64,000 nucleotides of DNA, taken from positions 219,852 to 283,851 of the forward strand of contig JAQGDQ010000058.1 of assembly GCA_030141605.1 (NCBI GenBank), read 5' to 3'. Below are positions 14,301 through 25,600 of the stretch, one piece after another. This DNA comes from Tubiluchus corallicola. Its lineage: Eukaryota > Animalia > Priapulida. The notes under the pieces are model-generated. The model did no database searches. It was not told the origin of the DNA and was given only the letters and a program-made list of their open reading frames with translations. A program made the position numbers and the translations under genes. Each line of letters begins with the position of its first letter. Position 1 is the stretch's first letter.

Positions 14301-15173
14301 TAAAGTTAATAAATTGTCATTATACATCATTTTAAAGCTTACATTCTGAATAACTGATCTCAATTTTTTTCACAAAAAAGAAGATGATAAAGTTAATAAA
14401 TTGTCATTATACATCATTTTAAAGCTTACATTCTGAATAACTGATCTCAATTTTTTTCCCAAAAAAGAAGATGAGGACAACTCAATAACTATTAATTTTG
14501 TTCAATTGTTTCCACAAAATTATTTCTCAGTTGATACCCATTTTTGTCTGTCAAAGTTCGATACTAATTTTCACGCTCAACACACGTAAGTTTATCATTA
14601 TTTTTAGTTTATCCTCTTTCATACTTGCATAAATTAAAAACCTGTAAAATAAATCACTGTCATCTGTCACTGCTGAACCGGGAATACGATGACGTATATT
14701 TTAGTCAAGCATCGAGCTTAACCGAATGAAGACATTAGTGCCAATATTATAGGTACTCATAAAGCGGAGACTGTACAGCCTCCAGGTAAACGCCATACTA
14801 GGCTTGGCATCTACGCAGTAACCCGCTCTGGTTCTGCTACTAGTCAAATAATTCTGCCATACATGACGAGAACGATTTGGAACAGTTTTTTTAGATATTC
14901 GTTTGGCATGTACAAGTAAGAATTAGATAGGAATTCAGATTCAATAATATGCCAACTTCGTAGTACGTGAGATGTAAAAAAACTGCAAATGGGCATACTT
15001 GTTCGCTGCATAAATACAATCAGTTTTCAAAATTTTTCGGCGACAATCTCTCTTTAGCGTTAAAACTTGTAACATCACATTTCATTCTTACCTCCAGTTA
15101 TTTCAAGAGACTGCAACCCTTCTACAGGAGGAGCCTCTTCCATGGTTGGGAGGGGCTGCGCCTCTTCCTCCAT
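1..15173 (-). CDS. Multi-exon gene for an uncharacterised low-complexity (acidic N-terminus, then Thr/Lys/Ser/Pro-rich) protein; continues beyond the left edge
   Basis: Phase-compatible GT-AG exons: 15092-15173 (ATG; MEEEAQPLPTMEEAPPVEGLQSLEITG, phase 1), 3537-3574 (EGSDSGVEEESPK, phase 0), 2669-2818 (KQEVINKEVKTATTTTTITKSGGDTGRSVEKKTTTTTTTKTSSTTPSKDK), 1-69 (RTSPADAKRTTPTTKKSSPGWNA). The ATG exon has an acceptor at 15277. No recognisable domain in the visible part. Confidence 0.75.
549..586. repeat. (AG)n microsatellite
   Basis: Direct observation. Confidence 0.9.
5294..5351. repeat. (CA)n/(CACG)n microsatellite
   Basis: Direct observation. Confidence 0.9.
7793..7963 (-). CDS. 171-nt symmetric (phase 1-1) internal/cassette exon of the left-hand gene
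   Basis: tcgctttcttttcAG acceptor, GTAAGT donor, open in the phase-1 frame: DVNQKPSSEESGLTTESNASRHISGDSLLQSESFSENSATHSENSTNLNRKELNQDR. Confidence 0.65.
10258..10296 (-). CDS. Candidate 39-nt symmetric (phase 1-1) cassette exon of the left-hand gene
   Basis: ttcatacAG / AAG|GTAAAC boundaries, open frame AQQTDAGLCNVNQ; weak pyrimidine tract. Confidence 0.35.
14038..14473. repeat. 87-bp minisatellite, 5 near-identical tandem copies (intronic)
   Basis: Unit ataaagttaataaattgtcattatacatcattttaaagcttacattctgaataactgatctcaatttttttcacaaaaaagaagata recurs at ~14038, 14126, 14213, 14300 and 14387. Confidence 0.95.
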
Positions 15174-17627
15174 TCGATTTTTCTCCAAAGCGGCAAACTC
15201 TTTTTTCAAAAATACTCTTATAATTTACTAACTGACAAGAAGATCAACACCTATGCGACTCTAGAGCTTTCTTGCACCTGAAAAACAAACATTTATATAA
15301 TACGGAACGATATGTACGGGGTTTACTTTCGCTGTTATACACCTAAGCCGCATATACCATAACTCTAAATATACACAGACCTATCCACCACGTCCACTAT
15401 TGAGCACACCACACAAACATTATAAACCTTATAAAGGTAAGTACTGATAAACAGTTAATAGTGTTTTTGTCTGCAATAAATAATATCGATTGTTCACAAG
15501 TCACAAGTAATTTTACTATCGGCTAACAAAGACAAGTCTCCTAGCAAAATCTCGCTGAAAATTTGAATTCATAAAAGTTTACGAAAAACGTTAATTATCA
15601 AATCATATTGTAGCTGCATATAAATGAAATGAAAATACTTTTGAAACGTCAATTAATGCACAATTATTACAAATGTCGTCTCAAAAAAGTAAACTAAAAA
15701 TTGCTGAACGATTGGCCTTTATTCCCTGTATAAAAACAACAAGATTCTAAGCGAACGGCTCCTTATTTTATGCATAATCTCATAACTACAAGCAGTTCTA
15801 TGGGTAAAAGTGGCTTTTGATCAGTTTTCGCAAGCGTTTTCGTTGACTCTGTAAAATCATTCACGCCAGTTTCTTAGTAAGTAAAAGGTACAATGATGCT
15901 GATGCTGTTTACCTTTCTAAAGATACTTGGAAGCAGCGCAATGACTTTACAACATCCAATAATCAGCCAATTTCTTCCTCACAAAAGCTTTATTAGCTCT
16001 TGAAATGTTTAGCCATAAAAAGCCAGCTGGCTTATTTATTTGTGCATCAGGGCTTTTGTCAGCTTCGAAGATTTGTAACTTGCTAATACAGAAGTGCCTA
16101 TTGGTCTGTTTATATTTCAGTAACAGATAAATTGAGGTTTTTACAAAATTACGGTACGGGGCTCATTTTAACTGATGTGCAGCAGAAATAGCACCACTAA
16201 ACAAAATATGGGTTAATTAAACAAAGTAAAGTTAGTCAGTCACCACCCACACCTAACTTTTAATCTGAAATTCAAAACACGCAACAGGCTAAGTCCTGGA
16301 CTGCAGCTCTTATATATAAGGTCTAAAAACTGTGTTCATATAGAAGTCTCTTTTGTTACAAAACTCTGTCTCTGTGTTGCTATTTTGAAAAAAAGAACAT
16401 CACAGAAATTTGAGAAGGTACATAATTATATGCTGGTCAAATTTACAGAGTTCTGTCTGATCTAAATGGCTAAATGGGTACATTCTTTATGAGCATTAAC
16501 AATTAAATTTTCTTTTTTAGCCGAGGGTCTAGTAGTCTACTTTCCATAATTGTCTAGGTTAAACTTAAAGATGAGAAAAACAAGAAACGGCTTTTGAAGT
16601 ATAACACCGAGCTATTTACATTAGCAAGGACTTTGGTCTGAAACTAGCATCTTGTGTGCAAAATAGGTCAAAGACTAACATTACCAGTTGCAAGGAAAAA
16701 TAGTGGCTTTTTGACAGACTCTAGAAACTTCCACAGATAAATTAAATCATTATTCATATACTAATGTATCTTAAATCCTTACAAATTTGACATTAATTAT
16801 TACTGCTGACAAAAAAGTGAAAGCTATACAAGTTTACAAATCGTTTGTTCTTATAAATTACACTTTTCAGGAATTATAAATGGTGCAAAACTTTTCGCTA
16901 GGGAAGAAAATATGCCCAAAAACTGGGACTTCTCTCCAAATGGTCGCATTTTGAAAAATAAGTCACGAATGAGAGAATACAATTTTTATGTACGGCACCG
17001 TCGGCTCGCCAAAAATGGTAAAGCTGCAGCCACACGAAAATACGTAAAATAATACGAACCAGCAAAATATCTTAGAAGTTTCAAAAATGGATACTATTTT
17101 AAAAATGCAATAAACCATATTTTAATAAAGTTATAACATTAGTTTGGTAATTACACGTTCATTTATACCAATGTATCACTTTTTCAAAACACGAATAACC
17201 ATAAGACGTATCATTGGACAACATATAACTACCAGACCTAAATGAACAGCCTTTGAAACAAACTTCAACGATAGTTTTTACTTTAGTTTAGGTTAGAAAT
17301 GTGCTCAAGCTCCAACGCCGTGCCCACGTATCATACAAAAAATTGACCTCGGCTATTTGCAAATTACTATGTTAAAACTAACTTCAGTGTTATCATCATT
17401 AAAATTCGTTGTAGGCCTGCTTATCCAAATGCAACCGATAAATTTTCGTGAGTTGTCCTGCACAAAATTAGTTTTAATAAACGTGAAGCGAATCCTAGCA
17501 GAAGCTAGAAATAAAGCCTGGTCGTCCGATCGGCGGCCACTGCTTGTAAGTTGTAACATTCACTAGTTTTAACTACATTTAGCAACGTTACTAAACGACT
17601 GCTTCTTGTACGAAACAATGAACTTAC

Positions 17628-17725
17628 CACTTAAGAAGTCTTTTTAATCCAAAAGAGCCGTATAATCTATTAGACGATAACAACTTGCGATTTTCACGAC
17701 ACAAACAGACGACAGCAGCAGTACA
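17628..17725 (-). other. Probable non-coding first exon / TSS region of the left-hand gene
   Basis: GTG|GTAAGT donor at 17627 in a locally CpG-richer stretch just downstream of the tropomodulin 3' end; the 5' boundary is a guess. Confidence 0.45.
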
Positions 17726-18454
17726 TGGGAGCCTGCTTGAAATCGATTAGCGACGGTTTCATAAATTGAGAACCGTCGGGGATGACGAAACGCTTAGGCT
17801 CTGATTACTCCCCCGTATGTAGAATGGTAATCATTTCAAAATACTTAAACTATGGGACTTTCTAAATATGAAAATGATCTCAAGTTAGGTTTTGAAACAG
17901 ATGCTTCCGTTCGTTTAGTTTTCTGATGAAATTTGTTATAGGTTTTTTTCTATTCTTGCCGTGTTTACTAGTTGCAGGCCTACTAGCACTGTCGTTTTGT
18001 CGCACCTTGAAATATCGATACACAGTTCATAATTTCTGATAATGTAAGGGAAAAAGTGTAAAGGCTTTGTTTCCAACTCGCTAACTTACTAACTAGAACT
18101 TGTATCATGGCATAATAGTAACAATAAATCAATTATAGTATCTGAGGGCAATGAAAATAACAAATTGCTCTCAATGTATGCCTGACTATGAAGTTAAACA
18201 GTACTCAATGTGGTTAGTAAAATAATAAGTGATAACTAGGAAATTGCCTGTCTAACACTGCCATTGGCTTTAGCTCTCACTGCCGGGAAGGTATTCAGAG
18301 ACTACAAGCGAATTTACCTAAGCCAACACTGCCAATTTAGTATCTTAGAATTCATGTAAATGTGCAACTGATAAGCAAACTTGGCACATCGACCTTTGTT
18401 TACAAGCTTTGGTAATGGCCTTTCACTTGTAGCACAATTATTAACGCCTTGTTG

Positions 18455-20403
18455 GTATTTTATTTAATAAAGAAGAAACAATATACACGTAAACAATATG
18501 AGTAATAAGATTACATTTATAAAATATCGATTATTTATTAGCAAAGTAAAAGCACATCCTCAAAACTCCCACATTACGCACTTTAAAGCAAAACTTTGTA
18601 CACGATTTAGTTGGTTACAAACATCAAATATACTACTGTGTAACAGGCACAAAAATGTTGTTACATTGCAGTTATGTGTCATAAAGTTACAAAAAGAAGG
18701 AATTTAACAAGAAACTAACAAACCATCGTAATGTAGTCACAAGCATATTTAAAGCTTAGTTTCACAATATTATTCAGGCAAGCCTACCAGCATGAGGCAT
18801 ACACAATGCTGATACTCATACCCTAAAAATGCAGCAAAATAATGAAAAAGATAAAATACAATAATGTTTGATGCCACAATCTGTTCCCAGAGATAACATC
18901 TGCAGAAAAATCTGCACGTTATCCGCTGTTCATATTTTTGTTGCACAAAAATATATTAGTCACTTATTTTGATTAACAGCTAGCCTGTGGGTTAGTTACT
19001 AGTACTCGATAATGCCAGTGTTCATTGTGGCACAATTTATGCTTCCAAAAAAGCTCTTCAGTACTATGTCTATAAATAGTTGCATTCAAACTTTATTATA
19101 AAGTACTCGAGTGTGTAGAAATTACAAAACTGCCCCGTGTTATAAGATAATTACCACGTGAATTAGAGTCTTACAATTGAACGACACTCAAAAACCTCTA
19201 ACGCTTTGAAAAACTGTTAAGAAACCGTTAATATGAACTGCCCGATTAGGTTACTAACTTGATTATAAGGGGTTTTTTTTGTATTTACTGTGAACACTGG
19301 CAAATCCTACAATGAATTTACTGGCTAAACATTAATACCTGCAAATATTGCAACACACGAGAGAACCATAGCATAAGAGAATAATTACAAGCTAACAGGT
19401 TGTATTTACAAATGAATTAAATAAAACAAACACTAAGTCCATACTCTCTGCATTCTAAAATTAATGTATAACTTAATAACTCATGAAAACTTATAACAAA
19501 ACTGCTAAGTTACAATAGCTAAATTCTGATGCTGCTGCATCTATGTAAACATGATGTAATCTATCATTACCTATAAACTTCTGGTTAAACTTACTAAAAG
19601 TTAAAATGTCAAAATAAATTTTGTGCAAAGACATGAAAGTGTATGAACACAAAAATGGCAAACGAAAAACAGTAATAAATGCCAGTATTATTTAATGCTA
19701 AAATCAAAATTAAATAATATTCAGTTGTTAAGCACAAAAATAATGTGTAAACAAGTGTAGTACATGTGTGCATCATTATTTTAACAACCAAGAGGATTGA
19801 CTAAAATAATCCAACTATCCAAACAAAATGACAACTAGTGACATCTATGCACTAATGCTGTAAATAATAACTTACGCAGTGCTTTTCCTATGTACAAAAA
19901 TCTAAGATAATTCCTTGCTGATACAAAAGTATAGAATGTGCTGTAGTAAAACTTAATGACTGAGATGAGTCTTTAAATATTTGCTCCAATATTAGCACAA
20001 GCATTACTGCACATAAGTTGGTATGAAATTATAATCTTAAAGCAAACACCATGGTCTTTTTCAAGAATGAATGGTACAATGATACGAAAAAGCAAAATGT
20101 CCTTACAAAACTACAAAATGAAGTTAAAACAATAAATTTTATAAGAAAGATCTGACAGAGTTCAAAATCGATGTAATGAGAAGCATTAAGCTCTGTTTCA
20201 AAGTCCGAAAGTTTTTGTCTTGTATGAAATACATTTTAGAGATCGTAATTTCTAAAAATACAGTAAGTAATTTAACGTGAAAGCTGTGACAGAAAACAAA
20301 TTAATGGCTGAGACAAAACCGCATATTTATAAGATATGAATCAGGTAGCTTTTGTTAAAATGCAAGACAAACTACATTGCTAAAATGACAGTAAGAATGA
20401 CTA
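18455..20403 (-). other. Probable ~2-kb tropomodulin 3' UTR
   Basis: U-rich minus-strand sequence downstream of TAATAG, with AATAAA (tttatt on +) near 18460 and 18535. Confidence 0.45.
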
Positions 20404-22590
20404 TTATTCTTCTTCACTGATTTCTTCATCAGTCGGATCCTTTTCATCTTCTGACTCTTCTTTTTTAGATTCTGCTTTCTTGACTTCTTCGATTTTCTTG
20501 GGTTCACTCTTTTCCACTGGTCTCCTTAAAAACAGGTTAAATTAGAATTTCCAATCTATGCATAAGTAATTCAGAACATTAATAGACTGACTTGTTAGCA
20601 TGACTATTCATATATTGAAAATAAAATAAAACAAATTCACTTACAGGTATGTTATTTGCCGAACAACACATTTTTACTCGTTATTAAAAAAAATCCACGT
20701 GAATTCATGGCAACGAAAAATATATCAAACACTTTTTAATAACTACACTTCAAGTCTATATAATTAAAAGTTTACACTTCAAGTCTATATGATCAAAAGT
20801 TTACACTTCAAGTCTATATGATCAAAAGTATTCATTTGAATCCATAAGTATTACATTAACTAAACTAAACTAAGAACCAGTTAAGTAGATCATTATGGAA
20901 GTTTTACATAAATTTTCAGAAAATGCAATGTGTCAAGTGAATTCCCGGAACGGAGGATACGGAAAATCAAATAATCTTCATTTTTCCAGTTTTTTGGGAT
21001 ATATTACTTTTTGACTTAGAACAATTCAAAGTGGCCACTAAATGCCACTACAGAGTGAGCAAAATAAAAGGAATGTGGAAAAGGGCATCTAAAATGTCTT
21101 GAATAACATCCAAGGAGGTATGGAGAAGAAGGGTGTCAGCTGGAAGTGATCGCAAATGGTGCAAACTAAAGAAATTAACGTTATTTAATCAATAATTAGT
21201 AATAAGCAGAGAGGTTAATCAGTTTCAGAGATTTCCAAGTCAGCAACCAGAATATTTTTGGTTACCAAACCAGTTTTTACATCTGTCATGATTATCTGAT
21301 TGGCATCAGCAGAGCTTCAATAGCTATGTGAAGATGAGACTATGTACATTACTAACAGAGCTACTTAAAGTAAAGCCACCCCAGGAAGCTAGCATTATAC
21401 GAACTGCCATGCTAATTAGAAGTAGATGAAGCACCGTGATCATCAATGATTTACTGATTAATAGCAAAAGTCTAGAGTGCAAAGTGGGAGCAAAATCTGT
21501 TTTTTTATTGAAACAGAGAAAAGCTGAAAAAGTGTGCAAAAGTCATAAGTTGATCTCATGCTTTGCTGAACCTGCAAAGCTAAAGAAATAAGTTAGCTTT
21601 GTATGAGGTATTACTTACCAATGCAAGTTATTCCGAGCTGCATGCAAAAAGAAAAAAATCAATAATGCAGGAAAAATCTCAAAAAATTTTCAATATGTAA
21701 CAAACACAACAACTTCTACCAAAATTGTTTACGCAAATAATTTGTTACAGTAAGTACACCAGTAATTGGGAATACAATATTTCATAATTTGTTTTGTTGG
21801 AACCAATGCACACTGCAGTGCAACGAAATATATTTAATAGTTACAAGTAAAATAGATTGACCCACGTGGTGAAAAATAGTAACAATGGCAATTTTATTTA
21901 ATTACATTGTAATTTTTTGCAGACAAAAACTGGGAATTGGAAGAAAAGCTAGGATTGGGACTTTCCTGCAAAAACAAAATCCATGAATAATGTTCAATAC
22001 TGTTAAACGTACATACATTAAAAGCATAAATTCAGTTGCTGATAATGGATGATGTCAGTTTGATTTAGTATTCTTCTTCTTATTCTGTTGCTCTAAACAT
22101 TTATTGTAGACATAGAGCCTTTATCCTTTATTAGAACACCCCACCGTTTCCTGTCTGCAGGTAAAATTTGCAACTCCTGTAATGCTATTGTTAGGTTTGG
22201 TCTCAGACGTTAGAAATCTTTATTAATTGTTGATATCCAAGTTGTTTTTGTTTGCCTGGAGATTCCAGTGCTTCAATTAATGCTAATCTAAAGTTATGCG
22301 AATATATTAATATAGTACAAAAAATCAAACGTCACACTGTCCATTTGTTATTTCAAGCAAAATATTGGCTTTAGAGCAAGCATTTCAGCCATGAAATTAG
22401 TTTTTAGTGTTAAAATCTCTTACTAAAATTCAAACCAAATTCATATCTAATTACAAAACTAAGAAAATTAAACTGTTAGATAAAAATAAACATAATAAAT
22501 AAAAACTGCTGCCAACCAACTAAAGCAAAGTATTTCAGACCTAAAATACCCTTAATGTTAACTAGAGACAACCAGAGTTATTCAGAAAAT

Positions 22591-22630
<40 letters not shown>

Positions 22631-25600
22631 CTCACACACTACGAATGACATTTTCACACCAATTTACCAGTACTTTATTAGATATTTACCAATTGTGACA
22701 GGAAGCAGAATTAAATCATGAAGCTCATGCATTTGTGATATACATTTAGTTAGTTAATCAATCTAAAACTTTCTGTTTACCAATGTAAAATGTCTCATTC
22801 ACAAAAGCTTCAAAAAAGGTAGCTCACACAGCAAAAGGACCATTTTATGGGGTTTTTGCATTAATTTGAACTCTGCCCTATAATTATTTTACTAATTTTG
22901 CAAGTCTATTTTATAAATTATCCGTAAAGTATTAATATTACTTCTAAAACTTCGTCTTTGTTTTACACTCTTTATGGGTTGCAATTAAAATGTCAACAGA
23001 AAAGATGGTACTATCTGATATTGTCTCTGCTCTAAAGTTAATACTAGCTTCAATAATTACACTGAAACTTCTTGTTTACCTTCAGTGTAAATGAATCATG
23101 CTGTTTTAGTTGACTTCCATCTATCGAAGAGTATTTGGTTTTCAAAGACCTGCTCTGCGCGTTAACAAAAATAATGCGCATTCAAGAACATTAGTTATGC
23201 ACTAAACATAGAAAGACAGCTATCGAGTATGTTATACCAATCCATTGCAGTTGTTTCTTTTGTGTTGCCAGGTAAACTGCAAGTAGTTTGCAAAATAACA
23301 TAGCTTATAAAATGACTTACTTTTCAGTTTTGCCGAAGCCTTCTCGTCGTCCGCGAGGTGCAACAAATTTTGGTGGAGAGTAATTGTCAGAGTTTATTCT
23401 GTTTTGCCGCACTAAAACACACCATAAAAATATGACTTGTACTTCCATTAAATACAGAAAAAATACTAATATGTTGCACTTTTCGTCACATAAATACAAT
23501 TAAAACCAAAACCAACACAAACATTACAGGCATAAAATGGAAGCAAATGAGTTATCAGAAGATAGGAAGAAAAGATTTCATTTGATTTCAAAAGGAAACC
23601 CAAGCACACTTACAGGTATCATTGTTTCTTTGGAGATATTCGACTATTTTCATTCTTGCATCTAGAGTTTCAAAATTCAACCCAAGCCGTAAGATGTTCG
23701 GATTCTCTTCTATCATTTTGCAAATTTCTGTCTCAAATTTGACTCCCAGCACAGTTGACCTCTAGAAACATGAAACATCACATACTGTAAACTCCCCCAA
23801 AAGTTGTAGTAAACAATTTAGACAACATGTACGAAAGAAGTGGTTTTGCCGAAGGAACAACAAAAGCAAAGGAAAATCCTCCACCATTGTTTTACGAGAT
23901 TGTCAAGGTCAAAGATTAAAGACAATATTTTGTGGTGCACGTTTGTTGGAATTGTTTTTAATCTTTCAGGTGACAATGCGTAAAGCGGACAGGAGAGACT
24001 GTTCATAGAGCAAACTCATTCTCTACCACTGCTTCAACGACTTTAGTTCCATTACAGGTAGGTCGACTACCTGAGCGAATTGTAAAAATTGATCAAACGA
24101 ATATGCATTACAGCAACAAATCTCTAGTTAGAATAAACAATGTGCCAAAGGGTTTTATGCAACCAGTAATGAAAGTACTTAACAAGTTATGGTAATTTTG
24201 AAAACAGATCAACAAGTATCATGTCGAAAATGTACCGTATGTGACAACTGATTCAAATGAAAAGTTCTTGATTTGAAAAATTGTAAAACACTTCCGGAAA
24301 TCACCAATTACGAACAAAAAAGAAACAATTACTGAAATTTGTCAAGTAAAAAAACTGTTTGTAAAATACACATGAACCCCAAACATAAGTTCTTCAAGCT
24401 ACATGAGTGACGTTTATAACGATGTCATACTGTCCTTATGCAAAAATTCTGCACTGACTGACAAAGTTGTTCTGAAAAATGCAGTTAAATTTTCTAACTC
24501 TTAACAATTTGGCACCTTTTAATACCGTGTCTTAACATTCTTATTTACATATGACAAATGGCAAAACGAGGAATCACACACTGAACCAGCTTAAAAAGTG
24601 AAATGCACATATGAACGACATGATACTAACATGCTAGACAAAACTTTACCTGATTTGTTGCTCTGAGTTCTACGACTGTTTTATTTTTTGATATTGCTTT
24701 CACGATGTCTCCCACTTTTTCTGCCGTGAAGAGATTAGAGTCAACGTTCAGGACTTTCAATGACGTGTTTTCTTCCAGCATCTCACACAAACTCTAAAGG
24801 AGCAAGCAAATATCACTACACTACAAAAGGATTTAGTAGCTTAACACATTTTTACATAATTCATAATCTTACATTGTTATATCATACACATACTCTTCTC
24901 CATTACATAAAGCAACAATTATGCATTCATCACGTATGCTTATAGTACTGCTTATATAGTACCTGACTTACAGTAACGGTACAGCTGCATTTCAACGTAT
25001 TAATATTGGTATTAGCTATTAATGAAGGACCCACTGACCAGACAATTCAATAGGCATTAGGCACGCCTGGTAACGTTTTCTATGTCCAGTCATAAAACTG
25101 CAAGTGTCACCTGACTTAAAATCTCTTTTGCTTTGGCATGAGGCCATATTAATTTCCTAGCTGTGTATGTGCAGGAGTGTGTATATGCAGGAGAGTGCTT
25201 ATACATTGCTTTTACATTCAGCTTTTCGGAGAGAATACGAAAGTGTTGCTAATGTTAAGATGACATAATATGGCCGTAACTAACTGTCAATTAAACAAAC
25301 CCATTTCATCGCGAAGCAAACAATTACAGATTCAGCCTGTGGAGCAATGCTGCTAGTATTGGCAGTGTGCAAGGATCACAGACGCAGTGCATATGTGAAA
25401 TGGTGTAGTAAAGGGGTTTAAAGATTTTCCACAAAAAGTGACAGCTACATGAATGATGCAACCAACTGGTTCTTATCAAGGTCTGAAACACGTGAACGAA
25501 TGAATAGATAATTTTAAAATCACTTACAACTGCAACTTTATCCGTAGCTCTCACATAGGTCATACTGAGTTCCTCCAATGTGGTATTTGACTTCAGTGCA

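Noticed and set aside
14038-14473. CRISPR-like array
   Set aside because: The units are contiguous and near-identical with no unique spacers; no cas genes; eukaryotic intron
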